NCBI GenBank assembly: GCA_050746025.1
Contig: JBOGLH010000002.1
Coordinates: 4,473-68,472 of the forward strand
Origin: Terriglobales bacterium
GTDB taxonomy: Bacteria > Acidobacteriota > Terriglobia > Terriglobales > Acidobacteriaceae
Direction: 5' to 3'
Length of the DNA: 64,000 nucleotides
Positions within the stretch are counted from its first letter, which is position 1; each line of letters opens with the position of its first letter. Positions 18,462-31,033 of this stretch are shown here, in pieces. The translations under genes were made by a program, and so were the position numbers. Under the pieces are notes generated by a model. The model ran no database searches, was not told the DNA's origin, and saw only the letters and a list, made by a program, of their open reading frames with translations.

Positions 18462-18884
18462 TTACTTGCCGGGCTCGGGGGCCTGGGGCTTCGAATGGGA
18501 AGGAACAGCCGAAGCCGCAGCCGCCACCGCACCCTGACCGGTTTGGGGCTTGCTGTCGCCCAGAATCTCCAGCTTGCCTGTGAAGTAGGCGCCTTCTTCG
18601 ATCGCGATTCGGCGCGTTCGAACGTCTCCCTTAACCACAGCGCTCTTCCGCATATCCGTGCGCTCTCCGGCGTCGATATTGCCATCAATAGAGCCACTGA
18701 CCGTCACGTTTTTGGCGGTAACATTGGCGCGAATGCGCCCGTTCGGACCAATTGTTAAACTGTTCCCGCTCAATTGGATAGTGCCTTCCACCTGGCCATC
18801 TACATAGATGTCCTCACTGCCGGAGAGCTCTCCGCGGATGTACACCGATCTGCCAAGGTGGGCAAAATTATCAGAACCAGCCAT
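18462..18884 (-). CDS. Bactofilin (polymer-forming cytoskeletal protein)
   Basis: Beta-helical repeat pattern IRGELSGSEDIYVDGQVEGTIQLSGNSLTIGPNGRIRANVTAKNVTVSGSIDGNI, followed by a Pro/Ala-rich tail. Confidence 0.85.
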   Translation of the reverse strand: MAGSDNFAHLGRSVYIRGELSGSEDIYVDGQVEGTIQLSGNSLTIGPNGRIRANVTAKNVTVSGSIDGNIDAGERTDMRKSAVVKGDVRTRRIAIEEGAYFTGKLEILGDSKPQTGQGAVAAAASAVPSHSKPQAPEPGK

Positions 18885-19063
18885 ATCCAGCTACCCCTTT
18901 CAGCGGCGCGAATCAATTGAAACAGGGATTGTAAACCATTCTACGTATCAGAGCACCGTCTGATTCGAGACGATTCGCGTGAGCTATAGGGCATCTAGCG
19001 GCCCGGCCCGATAAACCATAGTTGCGCAGATACAACATTGGGGTTATGGTTCTCCTCTAAACT

Positions 19064-20050
19064 ATGGGCTACTGTCCTATGCGCTCGGGCCGGCGATACG
19101 TCGCTTATGTTCTAGCTGCGGTACTGTCGGGGATTGGCCTGTCAAACGCTGTTGCCGAAGACACAGGGAACACTTCGCTAGCTGAAATCGTTCGCCGGGC
19201 TGTGCACAATGAGGTCGCCTCCAACCAAAGCTCAGCCATGCATTTCAGATTCAAGGATGAAAAGCGCACCCCGCAGCTTTCACAAACCAAGCTCATGGTT
19301 GAGACCACCGACGCCACCGCGGGGCTGCTGGTGATGCAAAACGGGCACCCCCTCACGCCCCAGCAACGCCATGACGAAGAGGTCAGGCTGGCGAACTATG
19401 CTCAGAGCCCTCAGGAGTTGCACAAAAAGAAAAAACAAGAAAAAGAAGACGCTGAGCACACCGAGCGGATCCTTAGGGCGTTGCCGGACGCCTTCTTATA
19501 TCAGCGTGATGGAATCGAACCCGGGCGGCAGGGATTAGGCTCGTCGGGAGACGAACTCGTGCGGTTGAATTTCCGCCCAAATCCCAGTTACAAACCGCCG
19601 TCCCATGTGGAGCAGGTGCTGACCGGGATGAGCGGACATCTTCTGATCGATACCACCGAGAACCGTATCGCGGAAATAGATGGCACCCTGTCAAAAGAGG
19701 TCGAGTTCGGGTGGGGGATTCTGGGTCATCTCGATCCTGGCGGACGCTTCCTCGTGCAGCAAGCTGATGTTGGCGAACACCAGTGGGAAGTGACTCACAT
19801 GCAGCTGTCGTTCACCGGCAAAGTTCTGTTCTTTAAAAAAATCAGTATCCATTCCAACGATGTATTTTCCGATTTTCATTCCGTCCCCCGGAACCTCACC
19901 TTTGCACAAGGCGTAGAACTTCTCAAGAAGGAAGCGGGGGAAAATCTCTCAGCTTCAAAAGCAGTAGAAGCAGGAAGAAAACCGGTGCAGAGCGCGCAAA
20001 CCCGCACTCGGGCTGAGACGAAAGATCAAGCCGTTTGTTGCAATCCCTAA
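19064..20050 (+). CDS. Hypothetical secreted protein
   Basis: Signal-like N-terminus (RRYVAYVLAAVLSGIGLSNAVA). No family was recognised. The 3' end overlaps the convergent menC-like gene by 4 nt. Confidence 0.5.
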   Translation: MGYCPMRSGRRYVAYVLAAVLSGIGLSNAVAEDTGNTSLAEIVRRAVHNEVASNQSSAMHFRFKDEKRTPQLSQTKLMVETTDATAGLLVMQNGHPLTPQQRHDEEVRLANYAQSPQELHKKKKQEKEDAEHTERILRALPDAFLYQRDGIEPGRQGLGSSGDELVRLNFRPNPSYKPPSHVEQVLTGMSGHLLIDTTENRIAEIDGTLSKEVEFGWGILGHLDPGGRFLVQQADVGEHQWEVTHMQLSFTGKVLFFKKISIHSNDVFSDFHSVPRNLTFAQGVELLKKEAGENLSASKAVEAGRKPVQSAQTRTRAETKDQAVCCNP

Positions 20051-21171
20051 ACGGTCGCGGCACTGCTACGAAGAACTTGTTTCCTGACCGTCAATTTATC
20101 GATTAAGTTTTTCTTCGGAACGTAACCAGTCCCGGTAGAGTTCCCCAGCAGGATTGTCCCGCGTGCTGTGACCTCGATTTCCGGATCGGTGATGTCTTCC
20201 GCCCAATAACGCTGAGAGGCGGAGACATCTCCCGGCAACTTGAAATTCGGCAGAGTCGAGAGTGCGATGTTGTGCGCTCGCCCAACGCCAGTTTCGAGCA
20301 TGCCACCACACCAGACGGGAATCTGATTGCTTTCACAGACGTTGTGTACGGCAATGGCTTCGCTAAAACCGCCAACTCGTCCAACTTTGATATTGATGAT
20401 GCGGCAAGCTTTCAGCTCGATTGCGGTTTCCGCATCGCGCGAGTGGTGGATGGATTCGTCAAGGCAAAGGGCCGTCTTCAACTCACGCTGCAGCTTAGCA
20501 TGATGAAAAATATCGTCATGCCAAAGCGGCTGCTCAATCATCAGCAGTCCGAACTCGTCGAATTTTTTCAGATGAACCAGATCAGAAGGACGATACGCAG
20601 AGTTAGCATCGCAGCTGAGCAGAATCTTGGGCCAGCGTTTGCGAATTTTAGTGAGAACTTCCAGGTCCCAGCCAGGCTTAACTTTTACTTTGATTCGCAG
20701 ATAACCTGCCGCCAGCTCGGTCTCGATCTTTTGGAGCAGCTGTTCATGCGAGTCCTGAATTCCGATCGACACTCCGCAGTCAATCTCGCTGCGAGATCCG
20801 CCCAGCAGCTTCCATAGCGGCTGATTTGTTGACTTGGCTTCGGCGTCCCAGATGGCATTCTCCAAGGCGGCTTTGGCCATATTATGGCCTCTTACGCGCG
20901 ACATGAGCGCCCCAGCCTCTTTGGCATGCGCAATGTTTCGCCCGATCAACGAGGAAGCGAGGAATTCGCGGATCGTTGCCCATGCGGTTTCAACCCACTC
21001 ATGGCTGAAGAACGGGCCTTCGCCGGCAACGCATTCGCTCCAGCCTTCGATGCCTTCGCAATCGGCGGTGATCAGCAGTACTCGGCGCTCTTCCGTCCGG
21101 CCAAAGCTGGTCTCGAAAAAGTGTTTCAGCGGCATCCGGAGTTCACGGAGAGTTATGGCTTCAATTTTCAT
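20047..21171 (-). CDS. Enolase-superfamily o-succinylbenzoate synthase / N-acylamino-acid racemase
   Basis: MKIEAITLRELRMPLKHFFETSFG...IKVKVKPGWD...DANSAY...IEQPL...DESI is a typical MenC/NAAAR pattern. Confidence 0.8.
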   Translation of the reverse strand: MKIEAITLRELRMPLKHFFETSFGRTEERRVLLITADCEGIEGWSECVAGEGPFFSHEWVETAWATIREFLASSLIGRNIAHAKEAGALMSRVRGHNMAKAALENAIWDAEAKSTNQPLWKLLGGSRSEIDCGVSIGIQDSHEQLLQKIETELAAGYLRIKVKVKPGWDLEVLTKIRKRWPKILLSCDANSAYRPSDLVHLKKFDEFGLLMIEQPLWHDDIFHHAKLQRELKTALCLDESIHHSRDAETAIELKACRIINIKVGRVGGFSEAIAVHNVCESNQIPVWCGGMLETGVGRAHNIALSTLPNFKLPGDVSASQRYWAEDITDPEIEVTARGTILLGNSTGTGYVPKKNLIDKLTVRKQVLRSSAATV

Positions 21172-21184
21172 TGCGGTCGGAAAT

Positions 21185-22072
21185 TTAATCTTGTTGTTTC
21201 GCCTGCTGCCACAATGACTCTAACTCATCTGTAGTGGCCTGTTGAGGAGTACGCCCGGATCCGCTGAGCTGCGCCTCCATCCACTGAAAGCGCCGCCTGA
21301 ATTTACTATTGGTTTTCTTCAGCGCGGAGTCCGAATCGAGAGAAAGATAACGTGCGATGTTCACCAGCACGAAGAACAAGTCTCCAAGTTCTTCTTCAAG
21401 CCTGTGACGAAGTTCTTCCGGCACTTGCGGCTTGACGGATCCTGCGACGGCACGGCTGGCAGGTCGCGCGGGCGCGGGAAGATGCTTCAGTTCTTCCTTC
21501 AACTCGGTGGTTTCTTCTTGCAGCTTATCGAACAGGCCGCCGATCTCAGGCCAATCAAAGCCTACCTGCGCTGCCCGCAAGCTGAGCTTATGGGCCTCAA
21601 GAAGCCCAGGCATGGCCGAAGAAACACCGGCCAGCACTGATTCCGCAATCCGCTCTTTCCCTAATTTGCTTCCCTCGGCTTCCGAGCGCTTTTTCTTTTC
21701 CTCCGCTTTGAGCGCTTCCCAGTTTCGCAGCACGTCGGCGGAGGTTTCTGCAGTCACGTGCCCGAACACGTGGGGATGACGGTTAACGAGTTTGTCAGAA
21801 AGGCGATCAAGAACATCGTCAATCGAGAAGAAATTTTCTTCGCTGGCCATTTGCGAGTAGAAAAGCACTTGTAGGAGCAAGTCGCCGAGTTCGCCGGGAA
21901 GTTCCTTCCAGTCACGATTGTCAATCGCTTCGAGGACTTCATAAGTTTCCTCGACGGTAAAAGGCTTGATGGAATCGAACGTCTGCTCCCGGTCCCAAGG
22001 ACATCCCCCCGGCCCGCGCAATTTGGCCATGATCGAAACCGCGCGTTCGAAACGTTCGCCTGTGGTTGGCAT
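21185..22072 (-). CDS. mazG: Nucleoside triphosphate pyrophosphohydrolase MazG
   Basis: LRGPGGCPWDREQTFDSIKPFTVEETYEVLEAI and tandem EELGDLLLQV / EELGDLFFVLV motifs. Confidence 0.9.
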   Translation of the reverse strand: MPTTGERFERAVSIMAKLRGPGGCPWDREQTFDSIKPFTVEETYEVLEAIDNRDWKELPGELGDLLLQVLFYSQMASEENFFSIDDVLDRLSDKLVNRHPHVFGHVTAETSADVLRNWEALKAEEKKKRSEAEGSKLGKERIAESVLAGVSSAMPGLLEAHKLSLRAAQVGFDWPEIGGLFDKLQEETTELKEELKHLPAPARPASRAVAGSVKPQVPEELRHRLEEELGDLFFVLVNIARYLSLDSDSALKKTNSKFRRRFQWMEAQLSGSGRTPQQATTDELESLWQQAKQQD

Positions 22073-22114
22073 GAGGCTAGCGTATCAATTTCCGTGGATG
22101 TGATGTGGATCGGT

Positions 22115-22200
22115 TTTCCTTCGCGGACCTTCGTTTCCTTCGTGGTGCAGGTTTTTTAAAAAAGGTTAATCACAAAGGACACGAGGGTTCACGAAGGAAA
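22115..22200. repeat. Intergenic inverted-repeat element, copy A. Two ~32-nt arms, each made of three CACGAAGG-like units, flank a TTTTTTAAAAAA-containing loop.
   Basis: The left arm is TTTCCTTCGCGGACCTTCGTTTCCTTCGTGGT. The reverse complement of the right arm is TTTCCTTCGTGAACCCTCGTGTCCTTTGTGAT. The element lies between the glgB stop and the mazG start. Confidence 0.8.
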
Positions 22201-22208
22201 TTTAATCA

Positions 22209-24200
22209 CTATTTCTTAGCGCCCCACTTGAAGAACAGCGCTCCCAATGGCGGAAGCGTAACCGCAAGCGAATACGGACGTCCATGAGTCGGCTCTTCCT
22301 CTGTGTGCTTGCCGCCGAGATTGCCGACGCCGCTACCCGCGTATTCCTTAGCATCACTGTTGAGCAACTCCTTCCAGAAGCCCTCGTAGGGAACACCGAT
22401 ACGGTAATTTTCGCGCGGAACCGGAGTGAAATTGCAGGCGATCAGGATGGTGTCTTCCGGCTTCTTTCCCTTTCGCAGCATTGAAATCACGCTTGCCCTT
22501 GTATCATTGCAGTCGACCCATTCAAAGCCCGCCGGATCGCTATCGAGTTCGTGAAGCGCAGGTTCATTGCGGAAAGCGCGATTCAACTGTTCGACCCACT
22601 TCTGCACTCCCGAATGCACTGGAAATTGCAGGACATGCCATTCGAGGCTCATATCGTGTCCCCACTCGCGGACTTGCCCGAATTCGTCGCCCATAAAGAG
22701 CAACTTTTTGCCGGGTTGAGCAAACATGTAACCGTAGAGCAAACGCAGGTTGGCAAACCTCTGCCACTCATCTCCCGGCATCTTGCCGACGATTGAACCC
22801 TTGCCATGCACGACTTCATCATGAGAAAGTGGCAGCACAAAATTTTCGCTAAATCCGTAAATCATGCGGAAGGTAAGCATGCCTTGATGAAATCCGCGAT
22901 GAATCGGGTCGTTCGCAAAATATGCCAGGGTGTCGTGCATCCAGCCCATGTCCCACTTCATGCCGAAGCCGAGTCCGCCCAGATAGACCGGCCGTGAAAC
23001 CATTGGCCAAGCTGTGGATTCCTCGGCGTACGTCTGAATGCCGGGATATTCCTTATAAGCTTCCAGGTTCATTTGGCGCAGAAACTCGATGGCATCCAGA
23101 TTTTCTCGGCCACCGAATTTATTCGGGATCCATTCGCCTTCGCGCCGAGAGTAGTCGAGGTAGAGCATGGAAGCGACCGCATCGACCCGCAGACCGTCGA
23201 CGTGGTACTTATCCAGCCAGAACATGGCGCTGGACATGAGGAAGCTGCGCACCTCATTACGTCCGTAGTTGTAGATGTAAGTGTTCCAGTCAGGATGAAA
23301 ACCGCTGCGCCAGTCGGCATGCTCGAAAAGATGGGTTCCATCGAAGTACGCGAGTCCGTGTGCGTCGGATGGAAAATGCGAAGGCACCCAATCGAGAATT
23401 ACTCCAATGCCGCGCTGATGCAGGTAATCCACGAAAAACATAAAATCCTGCGGCGTACCATAGCGCGAGGTTGGAGCGAAATATCCCGTGGTCTGATATC
23501 CCCACGAGGCGTAGAACGGATGCTCCATGATTGGCAACAGTTCTACGTGAGTAAAATTCATGCGCGTGATGTAGTCGGCGAGTTTCGGAGCCATCTCGCG
23601 GTAGGTGAGCGAGCGGTTTCCTTCCTCGGGTACTCGCATCCATGAGCCCAGGTGGAGTTCATATATCGAAATCGGCGAATGCAAAGTCTGGCGGCTGGCT
23701 CGCGAACTCATCCACCCCTGGTCCGTCCACTGATAATCCAAATCCCAAACCACTGAAGCCGTACGCGGCGGCTCTTCGTGATAAGTGCCGAAGGGATCGG
23801 CTTTCTCGGTTACGAAGTCGTGGTTATGAGAAACGATATGAAACTTGTAGATTTCCCCTTTGCCGATCCCGGGAATAAATCCTTCCCAAATCCCGGACGC
23901 GCCGCGCGACTCTAAAGGATGGGAATTATTGTTCCAGTCATTGAAATTCCCAATCACCGAAACTTTACGCGCATTCGGCGCCCACACGCTGAACGAGGTT
24001 CCGCGCTCCCCGTTGAACGACGCCAGGTGCGCACCCAACTGGTTGTAAGCGCGATAGTTTCGGCCCTCGTTGAAAAGGTAGAGATCGTCAGGAGAAAAAA
24101 GGCTGACATCGTAGCGCACTGGGGCGGTAAGCGTGTTTTTTGTAATCATTAGGTTGGCCGCTGACTGACGCATGTTCTCACATGCTAGACTGCTACTCAT
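22209..24200 (-). CDS. glgB: 1,4-alpha-glucan branching enzyme
   Basis: 663 aa with GH13 motifs ([43 protein letters not shown]). The true start may be an internal Met (24173 or 24149), because the track start leaves only 23 nt to the divergent gene. Confidence 0.93.
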   Translation of the reverse strand: MSSSLACENMRQSAANLMITKNTLTAPVRYDVSLFSPDDLYLFNEGRNYRAYNQLGAHLASFNGERGTSFSVWAPNARKVSVIGNFNDWNNNSHPLESRGASGIWEGFIPGIGKGEIYKFHIVSHNHDFVTEKADPFGTYHEEPPRTASVVWDLDYQWTDQGWMSSRASRQTLHSPISIYELHLGSWMRVPEEGNRSLTYREMAPKLADYITRMNFTHVELLPIMEHPFYASWGYQTTGYFAPTSRYGTPQDFMFFVDYLHQRGIGVILDWVPSHFPSDAHGLAYFDGTHLFEHADWRSGFHPDWNTYIYNYGRNEVRSFLMSSAMFWLDKYHVDGLRVDAVASMLYLDYSRREGEWIPNKFGGRENLDAIEFLRQMNLEAYKEYPGIQTYAEESTAWPMVSRPVYLGGLGFGMKWDMGWMHDTLAYFANDPIHRGFHQGMLTFRMIYGFSENFVLPLSHDEVVHGKGSIVGKMPGDEWQRFANLRLLYGYMFAQPGKKLLFMGDEFGQVREWGHDMSLEWHVLQFPVHSGVQKWVEQLNRAFRNEPALHELDSDPAGFEWVDCNDTRASVISMLRKGKKPEDTILIACNFTPVPRENYRIGVPYEGFWKELLNSDAKEYAGSGVGNLGGKHTEEEPTHGRPYSLAVTLPPLGALFFKWGAKK

Positions 24201-24223
24201 TCTAATTAGGAATCGCGTCGTCG

Positions 24224-26452
24224 ATGCCTGTTCTTAGGGTCGTTGTTCTCTGGCACCAGCATCAGCCCTACTACAAAGATTTGGTCACGGGCGAATACCG
24301 TTTGCCGTGGGTGCGCCTGCACGCCCTGAAAGACTACTACGGGATGGTGAAACTGCTGGAGGAGTTTCCCCAGGTACACCAAACTTTTAATCTGGTTCCC
24401 TCGCTAATCGCTCAAATCCAGGACTATGCCGAGGGGACGGCGGTGGACCCATTTCTCCGCGTGGCCGCCCGTCCCGCATCCGATCTCACCCCTGACGACC
24501 GTCGCTTCGCTTTGCAATATCTTTTTCAGGCAAATCCTGAACACCTGATCGGGCGCTATCCGCGCTACGCCGAGCTTTGGGAACGATTTCAGGGAGCCGG
24601 GTTGTCTCCCGAGCGATCGGACAAATATTTCCAAGCCCAGGATTTTACAGACCTGCAGGTGCTTTCGCAGATTGCCTGGTTCGACGAATTCTTTTTGGCG
24701 GCGCCGGACCTCGCGGAACTGGTGCGCAAGGGCCGGGGATTTTCACTGGAGGATCAGAAATTCGTGGTTGACTGTCAGCGCGAGCTGATCAAGAAAGTTC
24801 TTCCCGAACATGCCAAGGCGGCAAAACAAGGGCGGGTGGAAATTTCGACTTCACCTTTCTACCACCCCATTCTGCCGCTGATCTGCGACACCAATGCGGG
24901 TGCTGCTTCCACGCTGGGCTTGCCACTTCCTCAAAATCGCTTCCGCCATCCCGAAGACGCTCGCGAACAGCTGCAACGGGGGCTGGACCTGCACGAGAAA
25001 GTTTTCGGTATACGGCCCCGGGGAGTGTGGCCGTCGGAAGGAAGTGTTTCCGAGGAGGCCATTGCCATAGCGGCAGAACTCGGCGTGAACTGGGTGGCTA
25101 CCGACGAAGGTGTCCTATCGCGCACCACCGGAATGTCTTTCATCCGCGGCGCCCAAGGCCGTCTGCCGGATGCGTCTGCCGAAAAACTTTACAACGTGCA
25201 CCGCTACGAGCAAGGCGCAACTCGCATGAACATTCTCTTTCGCGATCATTCGATCTCGGACTTGATTGGATTCGTCTATTCCGGGATGCCTCCGGCCGAA
25301 GCCGCCGAACATCTGATACGGAACATAAAGGAGTCCGCTCAACCAGTTTTAAATACTGGGCGCGACGCTACGATTGCCATCATTCTCGACGGGGAAAATG
25401 CGTGGGAATACTACCGGAAATCAGGCCGCGAATTTTTGCGGCGCTTTTATGATGCTTTGCAAAAAGATAATTCCATCGAGGCGATAACCGTTTCCGAAGC
25501 GATTGAGCGAGAACGCAATCCGAACATTCTTCGGTCGCTGGTTCCGGGTTCGTGGATCAACGCAAACTTTAACGTCTGGATCGGCTCGCCAGAGGACAAT
25601 AAATCCTGGGATTATCTTTATCACGCACGCAGTTTCTACAGTCACGCTTCGCAGCACGTTTCAGAAGAGCAACGCAAGTTGGCAATGGAGGAGCTGTTCA
25701 TCGCGGAAGGTAGCGATTGGAATTGGTGGTACGGCCCGGAGCATCACTCGGCCAATGATCGTGAATTTGACGAGTTATATCGCAAGCATTTGTCGAATGT
25801 GTATCAAGCTTTAGGGGCAACTCCGCCCGATCATCTGGCGCAGCCGATCATAGGCGGATTGGTGACCCCTTCGTTCTTGCCGCAAACCAGTTACATCCAC
25901 CCTCGGATTACCGGAGACATGGTCCGCTACTTCGAGTGGATGGGTGCCGCGCACTACGCCGCGGACCGCCGCGCTGGAGCCATGCACGGCAAAGTTTTCC
26001 TGCTGGATTCCGTCTATGCGGGCATCGACCAGCTTAATGTTTATGGACGTATCGACTTCGCCGCAGAGATCCCTGTCGGCGATTGCGAAATCATCGTGAA
26101 TATCGAATCATGGGCCGACCGCTCAAGCCGCCCACGGCGCGGGCTGCGCCTGAACGTGCAAGTGAAAGATCGCAAAATCACGAGCTGGAATATTTCCGAC
26201 AATGGAGATCGGGTTTCCGGGGACGGCGCGGATCTCGCGCTGGGGCGTAACTTTGAGTTCAAGGTTCCACTCGCAGCGTTGCATGCGCAACCGCCAGAGT
26301 CAACAGCGGATTCATCGAGCCCGGCGGCAACGAAAATTCGATTGCGCGTCAGCATCTGGCAGAATCGATTGCCTACGGATGCGCTTCCACTCGAAGGATG
26401 GATTGATCTACAGTTGCTGCCCGAACACGAATTGATGGCGCAGGCTCATTAA
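24224..26452 (+). CDS. Glycoside hydrolase family 57 alpha-glucan-active enzyme with a C-terminal extension
   Basis: The N-terminus [13 protein letters not shown] and the later [14 protein letters not shown] and DGENAWEY are GH57 hallmarks as I recall them. Confidence 0.8.
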   Translation: MPVLRVVVLWHQHQPYYKDLVTGEYRLPWVRLHALKDYYGMVKLLEEFPQVHQTFNLVPSLIAQIQDYAEGTAVDPFLRVAARPASDLTPDDRRFALQYLFQANPEHLIGRYPRYAELWERFQGAGLSPERSDKYFQAQDFTDLQVLSQIAWFDEFFLAAPDLAELVRKGRGFSLEDQKFVVDCQRELIKKVLPEHAKAAKQGRVEISTSPFYHPILPLICDTNAGAASTLGLPLPQNRFRHPEDAREQLQRGLDLHEKVFGIRPRGVWPSEGSVSEEAIAIAAELGVNWVATDEGVLSRTTGMSFIRGAQGRLPDASAEKLYNVHRYEQGATRMNILFRDHSISDLIGFVYSGMPPAEAAEHLIRNIKESAQPVLNTGRDATIAIILDGENAWEYYRKSGREFLRRFYDALQKDNSIEAITVSEAIERERNPNILRSLVPGSWINANFNVWIGSPEDNKSWDYLYHARSFYSHASQHVSEEQRKLAMEELFIAEGSDWNWWYGPEHHSANDREFDELYRKHLSNVYQALGATPPDHLAQPIIGGLVTPSFLPQTSYIHPRITGDMVRYFEWMGAAHYAADRRAGAMHGKVFLLDSVYAGIDQLNVYGRIDFAAEIPVGDCEIIVNIESWADRSSRPRRGLRLNVQVKDRKITSWNISDNGDRVSGDGADLALGRNFEFKVPLAALHAQPPESTADSSSPAATKIRLRVSIWQNRLPTDALPLEGWIDLQLLPEHELMAQAH

Positions 26453-26487
26453 CTAGGAGCATTCGCGGCGTGAAGAAGTGACGAATC

Positions 26488-28481
<1,994 letters not shown>

Positions 28482-28513
28482 ATTCCAAACCTCTATGGTT
28501 TGCACCAGAAGCC

Positions 28514-29338
28514 ATGTCAATTTGTGACATTTGCGGGATCGGAATTGTGAGGGTCGTTTTGATCTGCTTGTTTCTTTCGATGGGCGCCCAGTGTCAAGCG
28601 CCGGCTGGCTTCCGCTGGATTAATTTCAAACAAGACGCGCCGACGGTCTTGAAAATCGAGGAGGCTTTAAAGTCTGAGGACTACAGCGCGATCCGAGAGA
28701 TTGGCATTCTTGGCGACTTTGCTCTGGTCATGACCTCACGGCGCGAGGTGGATCAACCTACTCCGGTCGGCGATGAGTGGCAGGTCTACAACATCTCCTC
28801 GCAAACCTGGAATGTCACGCCTGTGATTTTTGGTTATAACCTCGAAATTAAGGATTGGATAAATTTTCAATCGGAGGCAATACCGGATTTGGGTCTCGTC
28901 TATGTGGATTGTTGGGAATGCGAACCCACCGCGATGTTCACAGCTCTACATTATGAGCAGCAGAATGGCTGGCGAGCACGATGGGTAAACAAGGAGAATT
29001 CCAAGCAACCTGGGATTGTTTTAGGCGTCACCGATGTTGGTGACCCGTACACGAATGAGGATGTGAACCAAGTTTTCGCAGTTCTGGGGCCCCTGAAAGG
29101 AATGGCGATTGTCGGTACTTGGTATCACTCGCGAGATCTGGGCTCGGGAAAAGTCACCGACATTGTGTCTAAATTTTTGGTTGACCCAGTCACGAGGCAG
29201 GATAAATCCGAGGTTGTCCACGGCAGAGATGCGGCAAGCTGGGAAATGAGGCTGTGCAAAGCTTCCGACGCTCTAGACGGGTTGCTCGGGGGTCAGGATA
29301 GCCCTGTGTGCAAAGTTTTAAAGCAACAACCCAAATAG
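28514..29338 (+). CDS. Hypothetical secreted protein
   Basis: 274-aa ORF with a hydrophobic N-terminus (VVLICLFLSMGAQCQA). No family was recognised. Confidence 0.5.
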   Translation: MSICDICGIGIVRVVLICLFLSMGAQCQAPAGFRWINFKQDAPTVLKIEEALKSEDYSAIREIGILGDFALVMTSRREVDQPTPVGDEWQVYNISSQTWNVTPVIFGYNLEIKDWINFQSEAIPDLGLVYVDCWECEPTAMFTALHYEQQNGWRARWVNKENSKQPGIVLGVTDVGDPYTNEDVNQVFAVLGPLKGMAIVGTWYHSRDLGSGKVTDIVSKFLVDPVTRQDKSEVVHGRDAASWEMRLCKASDALDGLLGGQDSPVCKVLKQQPK

Positions 29339-29409
29339 TCATATCTTTTTATCCCCGTGCCGGATCAATCCGTTTGCGGCGATAACTGAAAGCTGAGGAG
29401 CACAAGCAT

Positions 29410-31017
29410 TTGTCTCGTCCTAAACCACTCGTCCTCATCATCCTCGACGGCTGGGGCTATCGAGCCGAAACCAAGGCCAACGCCATTGCCCTTGCCCGCA
29501 AGCCGATTTATGACCGGTTGCTGCGCGAGTATCCCAACACGCTCATTCAGACCAGTGGCCCGTACGTCGGCCTGCCAGACGGACAAATGGGAAACAGTGA
29601 AGTGGGGCACTTGAATATCGGAGCCGGGCGGGTTGTTCACATGGATTCAACCCGCATTGAGCTGATGATTCAGAATGGGGAATTTTTCAAGCAGCCGGTT
29701 TTATTGAGCGCGATGAAAAACGCGCACACCGGCGGGCGGCAACTTCATCTGTTCGGCTTGCTCTCCAATGGGGGCGTGCACTCTTATCAAACTCATCTCC
29801 ATGCACTGCTGAAGATGGCGAAGCAAAACGAAGTAGAGCGTGTGTTCGTACACGCATTCATGGATGGCCGCGATACCCTGCCCACCAACGGAGCAGGCTA
29901 CATCGAGCAACTACAGCAGGCAATGCGCGAATACAACACCGGAAAGATTGCGACCGCCAGCGGACGATACTACGCGATGGATCGCGACCGCCGTTGGGAA
30001 CGCATTGCTAAGGCGTATAACGCAATGGTTTTTGGTAAAGCCGAAGGCGGCAAGTACACCGACCCCGTGCAGGGTGTGAAAGAGTCTTACAACAACGGCG
30101 TGACCGATGAGTTCATTGTGCCATTCGTTTGCACAGATGCCAAAGGTCAGGAGCTCACCACCATTCGTGATGAAGACTCCTGCATCTGCTTTAACTTTCG
30201 CGCCGATCGCGTTCGCCAGATCACCCGCGCGCTCACTCGCAACAGCGGCCTCAACGAGCAAGCGGGGGGCGACCTGCCTGGCGCCGAAGATCTGGATGCG
30301 GCGATTCCGCGAGACCGCGGCCCGAAGAATTTACATTACGTTTGCATGACACAATATGACAAAAAGTTCAGGCTGCCGGTGGTCATTCCGCCGGAATCAT
30401 TAGACAATATCCTCGCCAACGTCATGGGCCAGATGAACATGCGCAATCTGCGCGTCGCGGAAACTGAGAAGTACGCGCACGTCACATATTTTTTTAATGG
30501 AGGCGTAGAGCAGCCGTTTCCCGGAGAAGAGCGAACGGTAGTTCCCTCGCAGAAGGTTGCCACGTATGATTTGAAGCCGGAGATGAGCGCAGCTGGAATC
30601 GCCGACACCGTAGTGAAAGCGGTTGAGGATGGCAACTTTGACGTGATGGTCGTCAACTTCGCCAACGCAGACATGGTCGGCCACTCCGGCAAACTTGAGC
30701 CGACGATCAAAGCCGTAGAAACTGTAGACGCCTGCCTTGGCCGCATCGAATTAGCCGTCCGCGCTAAAGGCGGCGCCATGCTGATTACCGCGGACCATGG
30801 AAACGCCGAAATGATGGCTGATCCGGTGACCGGCGGACCACACACGTATCACACCACGAATCCGGTGCCGTTCATCGTGGTCGCAGAAAATTCCAAGCAG
30901 TTCACGTTGAAATCCAACGGCTCGCTGCGGGACATTTCGCCGACGATTTTAGGAATGCTTAATGTTTCAGAGCCGAAAGAAATGAGCGGGTCGGACCTGC
31001 GAGTGAAAAAGGCGTGA
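29410..31017 (+). CDS. gpmI: 2,3-bisphosphoglycerate-independent phosphoglycerate mutase
   Basis: [13 protein letters not shown]...[14 protein letters not shown]...TADHGNAE is canonical iPGM. TTG start with an upstream GAGGAG. Confidence 0.93.
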   Translation: MSRPKPLVLIILDGWGYRAETKANAIALARKPIYDRLLREYPNTLIQTSGPYVGLPDGQMGNSEVGHLNIGAGRVVHMDSTRIELMIQNGEFFKQPVLLSAMKNAHTGGRQLHLFGLLSNGGVHSYQTHLHALLKMAKQNEVERVFVHAFMDGRDTLPTNGAGYIEQLQQAMREYNTGKIATASGRYYAMDRDRRWERIAKAYNAMVFGKAEGGKYTDPVQGVKESYNNGVTDEFIVPFVCTDAKGQELTTIRDEDSCICFNFRADRVRQITRALTRNSGLNEQAGGDLPGAEDLDAAIPRDRGPKNLHYVCMTQYDKKFRLPVVIPPESLDNILANVMGQMNMRNLRVAETEKYAHVTYFFNGGVEQPFPGEERTVVPSQKVATYDLKPEMSAAGIADTVVKAVEDGNFDVMVVNFANADMVGHSGKLEPTIKAVETVDACLGRIELAVRAKGGAMLITADHGNAEMMADPVTGGPHTYHTTNPVPFIVVAENSKQFTLKSNGSLRDISPTILGMLNVSEPKEMSGSDLRVKKA

Positions 31018-31033
31018 CCCTCGAAATCATTCG

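Noticed and set aside
19505-19530. tRNA T-arm-like string (GGGTTCGATTCC on the minus strand)
   Set aside because: The flanking sequence cannot form T-stem, acceptor or anticodon arms, and it lies inside a 328-aa CDS. It is a chance match.
22115-22200. CRISPR-like reading of the short tandem CACGAAGG units (also at 38513-38612)
   Set aside because: The units are ~10 nt with no spacers. They are arranged as inverted arms of a hairpin. There are only three per arm and no cas genes. This is a REP/MITE-like element, not a CRISPR array.
22105-22287. 60-aa ORF containing an NHKGHEGSRRK peptide
   Set aside because: It is a translation of the inverted-repeat element (CACGAAGG units read as HEG/TKD-type peptides) and it runs antisense into the glgB 3' end.
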